This document shows, in pieces, positions 37,201 through 49,300 of a stretch of 64,000 bases of DNA. Origin of the DNA: Amoebophrya sp. A120 (Eukaryota > Protista > Dinoflagellata). The translations under genes were made by a program, and so were the position numbers. The notes beneath the pieces were generated by a model, which was not told the origin of the DNA, ran no database searches, and saw only the letters and a program-made list of their open reading frames with translations. The stretch covers positions 5,682,828 through 5,746,827 of the forward strand of contig CAJINV010000004.1 in the NCBI GenBank assembly GCA_905178155.1. Reading direction: 5' to 3'. Positions within the stretch are counted from its first letter, which is position 1; the number at the start of each line of letters is the position of its first letter.

Positions 37201-40200
37201 TTGGAGTGGTGCTCTGGAGTGGCCTTCATTCCGGATGTTTTGGTCACATCATCTGTGCCAGCAGAAGTCGCGATGTTCTTGTTCTTTCCCCCCGGTGCAG
37301 ATGAGGACGCACTGGTCGTTCCGCTTGTAGTCGCGGCTGTACTACCTGTAGTCCTTGCTTTCCCCTTCGTTCCGGTTCGGCGACGCTCCAGACGGTCAAG
37401 AAAGCGGTCGACCTCCTCCTTACTGGCGAAATCGTACACACTTGTCCGTTTCGAGCTTGGGGTTGTGGATGTAAGAGTTTCTGTGGTCACCTCAGGGTCG
37501 TTCTGGTTTTCCTCTCGTCCGGGGATGGTGGAAGTAGTGGAACGACTGGAGGTAGCTGCATTTTTCCTGTCCGAGCCCGATTTAGAAGGAGTTGACGATG
37601 ATGAAAAGGATTCACTTTGAAGGTGCGGCCGCGCCGGCGGTTCCTTTAGGTTCTTACCGTTCTGCTCACTTGAGATTTTCCTCGAGGACGATGTCTGCTG
37701 CAATTCCCCCACCGGAATTTCAAAGCGGACCCGCTGGTGTGGGGTGGTGTTCTGCGTATGCGACGTCTTCTTGCCGCTCTTATTCGTCGGCGCAGGTGAT
37801 TTGTTTTCTCTGTTGTTCGTCGAACTGGTGGCTCCTTTTCTGTTTCTCGCGGAAGGACGCAGCAACTTGGAGTCAAGGAAAACGTCGAGTTCCTCCTTGC
37901 TTTCGATTTTCCGCACGTCCTCACGGATGGGCACGATGCGCACGGAGCTGGGAATCACCCGTTCGAGAAAGCCTCTGCTCTGCGCCCGCGTTTCCGCCGC
38001 GCGAAGCCCTTCCACCGTGCAGCCCGGGTGTAGCAGCTCCCAGAAGGCTTTCTCCCACGCGGGATCGTCTTTCGACAAGACCAAGGTCCGCGGCTCGGCG
38101 TTGGGCTGCTGTTGTTCTTGCGCCTTTTCTTTTGACGTGCTGCCAGCATCTTCTCGATCAGGAGAGGCGCCAATGGCTGTTTCGTCAGAGCTACAGGGCC
38201 CGCCGGAAAATGTCGCGTTTAAGTCGCCGGTGTTCGTAGTCGTACCGGAAATTTCTGTATCCGCCAGAGAACTTGTTCCGCCCCTCACGTTCGACGTGGA
38301 TTTGTTTTCCGCGTTCGCACTAGCCGTGGTTTTCTGTCCCTTGCTACCGCTCCCGCCGCCGTTGTTCGGGCTGCCCGGGGGTCCGGCGGTGTCTCCAAGC
38401 GCGTTCTTGTTGCGTCTACTCAGCAAGCTGCCGGCGCTGTCGCTGGGCCACGGCCGTTCGCGCCACAACAACTCCGCAATCCCGCGGTCCAGAGCGGTGC
38501 TGTCTTCCGGAAATGCGCTATCGCCACTGAAGCCCGTAGGCGATGACGCCGGAGCTGCTCTGCTATAGCCAAGACCAGTTGTACGTTTGATAGGCTTTTC
38601 CTCTTCATTTGCAGCATTTTCGTCCTCGCCGCCGCTATCTCCTGGCGTCTTCGACGCAGAGTGGTCTCCGGACGTCGAGGAAGCGCTACTTGTAGTTGCG
38701 GAGGTGCTAGTTCCGTGCTCGAGGTCCTTTTCGGTCTGACCATCAGCTGTCTTACTTCCGACCGGAGATTGTTCAGCATGCAGATGATCATGATCCCTTG
38801 TCGACTGCTTGCGCTTCAGCTCCGCTGCAATGCTGTCCGCACTACGTGAGGGCAGCGGCTCGCTCTCGTTCGTCGTGGTGGTGCTTTTTGTGTTTTTCTT
38901 GCTTGTCCTCGCAAACTTGCCGTACACTTGGTCACCAACGAGCTCCAACTGTGCGATTGCAGCGTAGAGGGCTTTGGAATTCGTGCCAGTTTCGCCGTGG
39001 TCCCTGCTTCCAGAAGAAGAGTGGTCCTCTCCGTTTTTGTTGCTCCTTCCTTGTTCGAACAATGCCGCCATGTCCGTCCCTTGCAACATTTGCGAAACAT
39101 TTTGGTCGATGGCGTCCACAACAGTTTTCACGTTTCGGTCGTTCTTTCTCCGCTGCAGTTCCGGGGGATCGCGAACTTCGGTTTTCGGGTCATTTTGTGT
39201 CGCTGCGGGTGCTTCTTCTCCTTCTACTTGGGCGGCTGTGTAGCTGCTTTCTTGTTCATCTCCACGAGCGGCGTCACCATCTATTTTCCCGTTGGTAGGA
39301 CGAGGAACAGGGCCACTCGTCCCATCCTGCTGATCTTCAAGCAAATTGACTTGGTCCGAGGACCTGCGCCGCCGCACCGGCGCGCCGCGTCTGCCGGAGT
39401 TCTTGCGAAGATCATTGGTCGGACCGAGGTGGCCTACTTCACCTCCGGGCTGGTCAGAAACTACGTCTTCGTGGTCAACAATGTGGTACTTCGCGCCTTG
39501 CTGTCGCACCCGCGCAGTCGACGCGACAATACGGGACGAGGAGGGCAACTTTGTGCTGCTGAACGGCGAAAAGCTGGACGTCAGGTTGAGCACGAAGTTG
39601 AAATACTTAATCGTCTCAAAGGCGTCCTGCTGCGATACAACGCCTATCCTCTGCAAAGATATCTTGGTACGACTCGTTCTTCGAACTTTTGCCAAAGGAA
39701 CAAATTGTGTGGTTTTTCTTGTGCATGCCAAAACGTATGTTTGTGCAAATGCACAAATGGTGTAAATTCAATTCTGCTTCATAATGGTACAATGATAAAG
39801 TACGAGTACGACGATAATTTTGCAAAGCATAGGGTCGGCCCGCACGTGCTTCACGGCCCGGGTAAGAAGGTACGGTAGCTGCGCGGAAAAGTAACTGGGC
39901 TGCAACGGTGAAGATAGTTTTTGGCGCAGCAGTTCTACTTGTTTCACGTCGCCCAGCTTATGGTGTTGATCTTCGCGGTTCCCACCCTGGTCGTGCTTTG
40001 ACAAAACCTCCTCCAAAGCGGTACTTCTACTCTCCTTCGGCGGCGGCGGCGGCAAAAAGAATTCCCCGTCGTTATTGGCGCGTTTGAGTAGACGCGTCAG
40101 CACGTGGAACGCGGGTACGGTGTCTTGGAACTTGTAGGTCCGGGCCGATTCGTGCATCCAAAATTTTTTCGGCGGCGCCAACACGAAGACCCGTGCCACA

Positions 40201-40298
40201 GGATCCCGGTCGATGCGGCGGGCCGTGCGCAGCAGAAGCCGGTACAGGGCCGCCTGTACCGGGGCTACTGTAGTTTTCTTGGACGGGGGCGTCTGCAT
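31218..40298 (-). CDS. ~2211-aa protein: N-terminal LYR-like helix, long low-complexity middle, C-terminal DUF179/UPF0301 (YqgE/AlgH-like) domain; 11 exons
   Basis: N-terminal ALYRLLLRTARR. DUF179 motifs in order: PGTVLIGHP..HRSVIVITENSEEQCAGLILNKP, PFHRGGDCE, ILHDCENVAGAIRLHDGLYLDG, VHLFGGTCLWAKGQLETELERNLWLP, LWRQLLRDLG. Removing 10 elements, each plus 5 nt, leaves 6636 nt (2212 codons). Confidence 0.85.
31227..31385. mobile_element. Introner intron, family B (variant CAT...GTA ends)
   Basis: CATCATGTGCAAAAGTATCG...CGATACTTTTTCAATTCGTA. Perfect TSD TCCTT. Lies just before the stop codon. Confidence 0.82.
31566..31862. mobile_element. Aged introner intron, family A
   Basis: TATGCATTGTAAATGAATGTTTG...CCAGACGCAGACATAGTATTTGCAATTGATA. 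TSD GGTGG/GGGCG (3/5). Frame restored. Confidence 0.8.
31893..32172. mobile_element. Old introner intron
   Basis: TATCCACCTAGAGAAA...TTTCTCCGTGGATA. TSD decayed. Removing element+5 gives NLWLP|VRVDQPTA. Confidence 0.7.
32390..32617. mobile_element. Aged introner intron, family D
   Basis: TATGCGAGTGCG...TGCACTCTCATA. TSD GGTGC/GGTAA (3/5). Join HDGLY|LDG. Confidence 0.82.
32690..32950. mobile_element. Introner intron, family G
   Basis: TATAACCTGCTCAGGTGTTACAATCTCAAACGTTAC...GTAACGTTTGAGATTGTATTAACGTTTGAGCAGGTCATA. Perfect TSD CTGCT. Confidence 0.92.
33243..33554. mobile_element. Aged introner intron, family A
   Basis: TATGCATTGCAGATATGTT...AACATATGTGCATTTGATA. TSD CTGCT/CCGAT (3/5). Frame restored. 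Confidence 0.8.
34592..34726. mobile_element. Introner intron, family B (shortest, 135 bp)
   Basis: TATCCTGCGCAAGAGTATCGCACTCGTA...GTACGGTTTGTAATGCATA. TSD GCAAG/GCAAA (4/5). Join FSDL|LDSDD. Confidence 0.85.
35378..35634. mobile_element. Introner intron, family G
   Basis: TATAACCCTCTCAGGGGTTACAATCTCAAACGTTAC...GTAACGTTTGAGCGGGCCATA. Perfect TSD CTTGG. Confidence 0.92.
35741..36019. mobile_element. Introner intron, family C
   Basis: TATCCTGTGTAAAAACGTCCCCAC...GTGGGTACGTTTTTCCTCAGGATA. Perfect TSD AAAAA. Confidence 0.92.
39645..39831. mobile_element. Old introner intron (B-like)
   Basis: TATCCTCTGCAAAGATATC...GATAATTTTGCAAAGCATA. TSD decayed (2/5). Removing element+5 joins HVRAD to VSQQDAF in frame. 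Confidence 0.78.
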
Positions 40299-41303
40299 CT
40301 GCACCGTGCGTCCCCGACGAAATGGCGTTTCGTTTCAAAGCCTTTCGTCTTCAAGTCCTAGTACTTCCACGCTAGGCTCATTGCGGTTGTCCGCGGGCGC
40401 TGCATCTTTCACTGGTGGCCCGACTTTGCAGTTCTTGCTCTTGGTTTTTGGAATCAATAGGCGTCTGATCATGAAAAGCTTATGCGGACAAGATCTTCAC
40501 CTTCTATCTTGTTCTTCTTCCTTCGCCACAGTTTTTCGCTCTCAGCCTGCCTCTGTTTGGAGATTGACACTATTGACGTCACGGGCACTCATACTCCTCA
40601 CTCGCAGCTCCAAAATTGTGATACAGAAAGGGAGAACTAAACACGAACAGCTGTGTTGACGACACTCACCTGGCTCACAGATACTATGTGAAGCACGGGA
40701 AAGCAGGCGCGGTTGCACGTAGACAAATAAAGTGCGCCATCCGCTTTGTGGCTTTTTCGAATAATCTTCAGCCACCTCTACTGTGGTTCATTTTGTTCCT
40801 GTAGTTTTTTGTCTCGTCCGCCTTCTCGGACTACTGGCATTGACATTGAGACAGCGGGACTTTTGCAATCAGATTTGTTGCTTAAATCCGATGTCGTTCC
40901 CGCGGTGGACAACACTTTAATTTTGAAATTTCCATCAATGATCGGTGCGGTGCGTAGACTTGCTCCCATCGTACATTTGCTGCAATAAAGCCCGCCTACT
41001 TGCGCCGTAAGTAGCGCGAACGAAATTTGCATTTTACTACTTCATTCCGCCACCACCTAGGCTGGTCTTGTTTTTGCGCGGGGAAAAAGTAGACCCGATC
41101 TTACAGCTGTATCCGCGCAGACTCTCCATCTCCCCGGTGGTGTACTGGCCATTGATGTACTTCGTTGTGGCCCTGAAGGAAATTCACGTATGGATTTATT
41201 TGAAGGAAAATGTAATGAACAACCACAACTTCAACTCCAACCCGGCGAAAGAAAGAACAAGATGAACATCACTTCGTCAATATAACGAGATCAGGTACTA
41301 CCA

Positions 41304-41829
41304 CTACGGCCTATATCGTAACAAACCGAGAACTAAAATCATCCCGTACGAGCTCTTCAATGCCGTGTTTCTTGTGAGGTCGACTGCGGAGGAGAAAACA
41401 CGAGAGCACTCTGCCAACTGTGTCCTCAGGTTGTCCGCTTTCTTCGTGTTGAAGTCCAGTCGCGACTTCGTTTCGCCGTACCTATTTTCGAAAATTTGAT
41501 TTTGAAAGCGTACTTCTTTATTCCAACAACATGATGATTATCTTCAGACATACATCACATTGATGCACACAGGTGGAACAACATTCTATTTATTTATACA
41601 GTTTTTCCAGCTTTGTTAGTTCCGCAGTCTTTTCGGCCAACTGTTTGTTCATGATGCGAATCTGCTCCTCATAGATGTCCTTTTTCCCCCGCATGCCGCT
41701 TACCGTGGCCTGCAACCGATTCACCTTTCCCTGGTTGACGCTCGCATTCTTACCCGCTTCGCGGAGCTTTTTCTGCAGCTCCGCGGGCGGAATCTCCGCG
41801 TCCAGGTCTATCGTACCTTGGGACTTCAT
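41304..41829 (-). CDS. Small coiled-coil hypothetical protein with a canonical GT-AG intron (~41482-41597)
   Basis: MKSQGTIDLDAEIPPAELQKKLRE..LTKLEKL|YGETKSRLDFNTKKADNLRTQLAEC joins in frame via GTATAA...AATAG. May extend upstream. Confidence 0.55.
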
Positions 41830-43383
41830 GATTTTGCTGGGCGTAGTTTTATTTCACTTCTGGTACGGTCGTCACTTCGGCTTCTAGCTGTGCTGTGTCC
41901 TCGAGTGATCTTCGTCCCCGACGGAAATTGAATCACGCGAGAAGTAGATGAAGGCGTTGCTCGTGTACAGCAACTTCTGAAGTTCAGTCGTGTCCCTGCG
42001 CTCGCTCCCGGCAGTTCTTGATACGCTTGTAGTTTCGGCTTCCTCCTCCGGATTGTGGTTCTCTACTTCGTTGTTCCGGCGACGCTTGCAACTACTAGTG
42101 CTCTAGCTTGCTTCCCTTTATCAGGCGTCAGAACCACAACGGATAGTACTGGTCCTTGACAAAGAGAAGTGCCGCTTCTACTCCTCACCGTGTCATGGCT
42201 CGTTGTGTCATCTTCTTCGCTGCTGCCGCGAAGGAGACTTTCTGTTGGTCCAGCTCGTCGTGAGAGAAGATGTTGTGACTACGGTGGTTGTAGTACTTAC
42301 TTATTGGAGGTGTGCGAACGTCGGAACGCGGAAAAAACACCAGATGGACGAAGGCACTAAAGATGGCTCCAATTGTTCTTGAAGATGGGGTCTCTGTCTT
42401 TCGGTTTCACATCATACACTCGTTTATTTTCATTTCCGCGAGACGAGCAAATCGCAGAGTCGTACGCTAGCGTGCTTCGTCAAACAGGTTGTACTTTTAC
42501 ATCGAATCTTTGCTTGAGGAATTTCACTTTGTGGCTGTTTTCTTCCATTCTGTATCTGTTTACATATTGTCAAAAGAGAGTGAAATTCTTTCTTCCAGCA
42601 AAGGAAATCGAGCGTTGACCACGCTTCTACTTCGACACCAAGCCACCTCAAGTGCAGCAACCTCAAGCTCGACTTGTACTAGGCGTCTTTCCATATTAAT
42701 TACCAAAGGAAGACCACAACTCGGGGGGAAACTAATTGCTTGTTCTCCGACTCACACACAGTCCACACACTCACAGCGCCCGCCTACGAATTTCATTCTC
42801 TTGTCCGCCCAGAATTTCTATTATACGCAAGTTAGTAGTGCCGTTGGACAAACGAGGAGGGACCGAACGACAGAAGACGAGACAGAGTCAAAAATAAACC
42901 GCTCACAGGCGCAAACGAGACTGGCATTGGTTGATTACACCGGAAAAAAAGCGACAGCGACTTTATATTTCATCTACATCTTTTTAGTGGTGCATAGAAG
43001 ATGGGGAAAATATATAAACAGATTTTCCATTTTGTATTGCTATTGCCGCTCGTTGTTTATCGGTTGTGCATTTGATACGGAATAAGAATGAGCTAAAACA
43101 ATGGTAGGTACTAGTAGATTGATTCCTAACACGGTAATTAATACGGACACGGACTGAACTGAATGCTCTAACTAAAGAATGAGAGAAGTAGTGTCTACTT
43201 CTGGGGAACGATAAAAAACTGGAAATTTGTCCATGTATGCTATTACGAAGTTCTCCATTGTTTGGGCCCATCTTCGTAAATCATCCGGCGCAACTTGTAC
43301 GAATTCGCCTGGCGCGAAGGATTAAAGCCATACTCGCAATAGTTGCTGATGCTGTAGTTGTAAGCACCCCGCCCTGGTCTATT

Positions 43384-46300
43384 TCAGCCGAGACCCTGCA
43401 CGTGACCATAAATCAGCCCGTTCTCTCGTTTCGCTGCGAATACGGAATGCACTCGCTGCTCGGTCCACCAACTCGCGGGTTTGTCCGCGAGCGTTGTCCA
43501 GGGGATGGTACTCAGGTCTTCTTCAACTTCTACGGCGCTGTCACCTTCTCCTCCGCTGCGACAGTGGGAACTACTTATTCGCGGAGCTGCTGTTGCCACA
43601 CTGCGAAAACCGTCCTCAGTTCTAGTCGAGGCGCCTTTGTTTATTGTGCCACCCTTGCCCCCCACCTCACTCTCTTCCAACAAAGTAGACAGCCGGGCTA
43701 TTCGGAAAGAGGATGAGTGTGTCCTGGTGTCCTGCAGCTCGTGCTCCACATGTTCGCGGTGGTCATGATCCGCTACTTCATTCCTTCCTTTGCTGGAAGA
43801 ATCTAAATTCTGCGGCTCATGTCCTACTAGCGGCTTCCCTAGCTCGTGAAACAACTGCTTGCAACGGTGCAGGGAGTAATATGTGGAGCTTTGAAGATGT
43901 TGCTTCGCTCCCGCCTTTGCGATTTGCTTCTGCCATTGCAGCGGTGGCGCACGAGGATCGGTAGCTATTGTCGTCGTAGTGGTGCTCGCCGTCCTGTCCG
44001 CTGCGGTGTGTGGTTTATGATTTCGACGCAGTAGAACACCCTTCACATCTTCGAACGAGCCGAAGCACATTTTTCGGAAGTCCGCCCGGTATTCCAGGGC
44101 GGTGCGAATCAGGTGCAGCGGCTCGGGGGTTGGTAAAAGCAAAAGCGCCGCATTATCATCGACGCTAGTGCCACCACTTGTCGGGTTCGTGCGACTTCTG
44201 GTGCAGCGTGTGCTGGCGCTTGATGGAAGTGCATGCACAAGGCCGAGAATGGAAATACAACGCGCAGTAGTGGCTTCGCTACTTGTTGGTCGTGCGCTGC
44301 TATTCTGATTCACCGTCGTCGTGTTTGCCCTTGCCAGCTCATCTTCTGCGTCAGCAGCCAATAACCCATCGCAGTTCTCCTGACGCAGTTGAGTTCGAGG
44401 ATCAGTACTTAGTATTTCCGGTACCATGTGCGCCAGTACCACAATATCCTCCACATTCCATCCCGCCTGCACCATCCAAGACACAACAGGCCGATCTGCC
44501 GGCCACACGCTCATGCCGATTGACGCGACGATTTCCTTCACCCCGACGAGGCGGCGCTTGGGACAAACGCCAAACAAGCAAGACGACGATGTAATTATCG
44601 GTTGTGCTTGCAGCACTCGGTCACTGATACGACCGCCAGCCGAGCCCGAGCCGATTCTGTTGTGGTTGTATCGTGGCAGGATAGCAGTCGCAACGGGCGA
44701 GCTCCAGTCAATACGCGTCTTGGTCGGGACGGAAACAAAAACTCCGCGGCTTCGGTGAAGAAATTTATTTTCCTTAGCAGGACGAGCCCCCGCGAATTCG
44801 ACGACATCCAGAGCCGACTTTTTCTTGTTGGTTGAACTTGTATAATCTGCGTCGCTTGGTCCTCGTCCCGAAACATCACAGTCGTTTTTCAATTCCCAGA
44901 TCGCCGTGTGCCAGCTGGTCACGCAATCACGTCTCCCGCACAAAACGCCACTGCTACCGGCTTGCAGTATCTGCAGTGGCTCGCGATTTTTGAACAAGTT
45001 CAGTCTACGATGCTGTCCCGGCTGCATGCGGTTGTTTGCCAGCAGCTGCAAACGCATCAGAGTTTCACACTCGGGAGACAGAGCCCAGGAGAGCGCTGGA
45101 GTTGTTCTGCTGGCAGCTAGTCGGGTTGAAATATGGTGGTGGTCTGTTTTCTGGTTCTTGCAAGTTGTTGTAGACCGGTTGGCAGTGGAGGCGGACTTAC
45201 TCGCGTGATGAAAAGTGATGACGCGCGGCTGTCTTTTATTGTTAGCACACAGCATTTTCTCGAGATCCAAATAGCTCGTCGGAGAAGCCGCGCTTTTTCC
45301 TGCTTCGTCCAGAAATTTCTCGCCGGCCGTGATCGCAAAATTCTCGGAAATTATTCCACCGCACTGATTGCCTTTTTCTGCGCCTCCTTTATTCCCTTCC
45401 GTCTCATCCTTGGTATTTCGGCGATGCTGGTTGCTGCGGTTGGCTTGTTTGGCTTTCTTTGCACAAATGAATGTGTCCAAGATTTCCGCCGCCGTTGCCT
45501 CATCGTCCTTATTCTCGATCTTAAAGGGCAGCACAATCGTGCTGCAAGGACTAAAACCATCTTCTTCCGACGTGGTCAGCAAGCCGTTTGATGGACACAA
45601 AGGAGCAGACGCGACAAGACCAGTATCAGGACCTACAGCACTTCTACTACCGGGCGCTTGATCTTCCCGAGCAGTTATTTCCCCACGAGGACCTCGATAC
45701 AACTCCTCACACAGCCCCACAGCAAAGCCCCCACTTTCGGCGCAGAAGACGCTGGCCATGAGTTGGATCAGCACTGCTGCTGGTTGAAAGTCGTACAGCT
45801 GCTGCGAACGGTCGTCGTATTCCAACGAGGCCAACGCATTCAGCCGCTTTTCCCACACGGAGAGTGGAGAGGCGAAGTTGGAGCTGCTTTTATTTGCACG
45901 ACCGGTCGTGGTGGATGACAGTTCTGTTTTGATGCCTGCTTCTGACGCCGAACTCTTTCGAAGGTCTGCCGACTGTTGCTCTTCCAGTAGCCGACTTTGG
46001 AGCATGTCCGCAGTCACAACAATCGGGGCTGGCTGAGTTCTTGAGGATGGCACCTCGTCCAGCAGACCTCGGGCTTCTGTTGCCGGTGTGGCTGCCGACA
46101 TGGGTCTGTCCACGTTGCTCGCCAGCTGATGCGAGCTCGCACCGCTCGATGCAAAAGATCCGGCGTCCCATGAACAGGACGAGGGCGACTGGGTCTGCCG
46201 CGACAGGGCCTGCGATTCCGATTGCGCAGCGAAGCTACTAGAGGACGACGCCGCGGCTGAGGAAGCGGGCGTAAAACTTTCGCTGACAATTCTTTTTTGC

Positions 46301-49300
46301 AAATGTTTGTCTGAAGACGATCTGCCTTCCGCATCAGTTTGCGCCGAGACTGTACTGTTTGAGGACCGCAAGAGCGACGTCCTAGAAGTTGTTCTCTCCT
46401 GCAGCCAGTGCTGTCTCCAGCGCTCCCGGTGATTTGGCACCACCAAGTTCAGCAGGGCCCGCGCAATCCGCGTAATGCCGTCGAGAATGTTCGCTGCTGC
46501 TTCGGCGCAGACTTCCTTATCTGGCTCGAAGAATTCCCTTCTCTGTTCGAATCTCATGTGCTGGAGCCGATCGTCACTAAGCATCTGAATAATGCGGCAT
46601 CTGATATCCAAGGGCTCGCTGAAAAATGCTGCTTCCGAACCGCCATCAATAAGGCCCTCGCTGGTGGTGTTCCTGGACACCGAACCATGTCCGGAAGCAG
46701 TTTTGGAGCTGAAAGACCGCCCTCCCATGCCTGTATTTTTACCACTCTGCTGTTGAGCCTTACGGGCAGCTATCTTCCGCTCCACGAGCTCCCAGCGGCT
46801 GCGACGCTTCCTGACGCTTTCCGCAAAGAACCGCAGTCGGTCCTGTGCGTTGTCTTCACCGCTGGTGGTGGTGTGGTCAAAATACCCCGGGTCGAAGAAT
46901 CGTTGCTGGAGAGAAAGCTTCTCCACGCAGCACGAGTGCGTAGAACCGTCCAGAATAGCCCCCAAAATCACTCCGTCCTGCGGCATGTCGAGAAAAACGG
47001 CAGTCGCGATGAGCTGAGCGACCAACAGGTCGTGGCAGGGAAGGGTGTGGACGAAAAGACCGAAGGTGGAGGGGAGGATGGAGGAGGAGCGGAGCTGTGT
47101 TGTGTAGTTCCGGAGCTGCTGTTTGTACGATGAGGCGTGTCTGCTCTGGTCTTCCAGTTGGCCTATGGTAGTACTACTACCTGCTCCACGGGAGCAGGAC
47201 GAGGTGTGGCCCATTGCGAGGTCCTGAGTTGACAGGTCGGCTGAGCTTCCACGTAGTGCCGCCGTTACTGCTGGCGGCAAGGGTGTGGATGTGACGCGAC
47301 CAGAATTATCAACATCGTTTTCAGATGAAATCGCGCCAGCGCTTTTATTGTCCGCAGTTTGATCATGGCAGTCCGGTGCAACACGTTCGGGAATCGACAT
47401 CTCGACGAAGTTTTGGTCTGCACGGGAGTCTGCTATTTCAAGAGGAGTTTCGTCGGGGCCCATCGACTGGAATTGTTTATTCTTCTTGTATCGGTCTTGA
47501 CCGGCCCTTTCATCGTCCCCGGCCGTAATACAGAATGAGTCGAAAAGACGAGCAGCACGCAATAAGCTAGAGCTAGTGGAACCTTCATCGACTTCATCAC
47601 GACGATCTTCATCTTGCTGTCGCACTGCAGATGATCCCACAAGATGTTCCCCGTGTTGCCCGAGACTCGCGACCCCATCATGAGAACAAGGCACAGCATC
47701 GCCCACAGAAACGATAGAATTTTTTGTTTCCCCATCGCGCGCACTCTCCGGATGTTCTCGAACCGGAACCCGAAGCAGCCCTCTCCGGTCGCAGTCGCGC
47801 ACAAGCACAAGCCAAAGGCCACGATCAACTCCGTTCGCGGTACTTTTTCCACCGCCTCCGTCTAGTCTCAGCTGCAGGTCTTCCAGCATGGCCAGCGTGG
47901 CGTAACAGCGATGGCGCTCGTGGTCGTGTTGCGTACTAACCGATAGTACCTCGGCTTGTTTGCCCGCAGACGCACCATCGTCACTCACATCAACCCCTAC
48001 TGGCTCCCAGACCCACTTATTGGAACGCGCATCCCAGTGGCGGAATCGGCGACGACACACGGGATCGACGTAACCCGCGTACAAGTAGTCATTAGCGAGA
48101 TGACCGGCGATGATCTTCATTGCGAAGTTAAGTTCTTGGGAGACTGCGCAGGCACGTCCTGCAGCTGCTTCACCACTCATCTCGTCGCCCTTCGAGAGCT
48201 TGTTTCTTTGGTCTGCTTGCAGCAGCTCTTTCCTGTTTAGGCTTCCAAAAACCTTTTGGATCTTCTCCTCGAGTCCGCGCAGCATCAACGCCCGTTCCGC
48301 GGCACATTCCAGGATCATTCCGCGTCGGTCACAGTCTTGCCAGTGCTGAGTAGAGCAGTCCGGTAGCGTATCGATCGAACAGGGCGAAGTCAACGAGTCC
48401 TCCTTGCAGTAGTAGCTCCCGGTAGTTGATATTTCAGCAGAGACGTTGTCCTTGTTGACTGGAACTGCAGCCCTACTCTCCGAAGCTCTTCTTGTCCTCG
48501 CGGGAAGATCTTCATCATTTTTACGGAAGTACAAGGGAAAGTAAAAGCCGGGCTGCCCATATGACAGTGCACAACTCCCCCTCCCCGTCATTTGTCATGC
48601 AAAATACCAATTTTAGGCACTGACACTGTGCCTCTTGGCACTGGTTGCGTGATAAAGTCCGGAATCCCAACCAATACTACACTCCTGTGCAAATTTGTCA
48701 TGCAAAACCGGCATTCTTGCTGACGCTTGCATTTCCGTTCATGCTATACAAATCAATGAGGAGGAGGGGGGGTTGTGCACTCTCAACATAGCACACGACC
48801 GACCCGTCCGCGCCGCTGCTTTTTCTGCGCTTCAGTCGCAGGCCGGCGCTGTAACTGCACGGCGCGACTCACCTGGTGAAACTGTTCGCACTTTTGCAGT
48901 CCAATGTCCACTACGCAAAGAAGTTTCGGTAGCGTCACACCCGTCTCGCAGATATTCGTAGACAGAAGGATGTGCAACTCGTTTTGGTTTTATGCAACGC
49001 AACAATCTTTTCGATGTTCCCTCACCGCGACATATGGTTTGCTTTGCGTAGACTGTGTTGTTTCATTGACAGATATATTGCATGCAATGCGGGCCAGCAC
49101 AAGAAACTAAGTTCGTGCAGCAATGTGATCATTATATTCATACAGGCCAGACGCAGACAGACTCGAAGGCGGGACAGGAGACATCATGATCCTTGCGCCA
49201 GTGCATACATCAGGTACGTGCTTCTGTGCGAGCTCGTTATCCGCCCCGGGCAGCATGCCGTGGATCTGGTCAATACGGACGTGGTCAAACTTTAACACGC

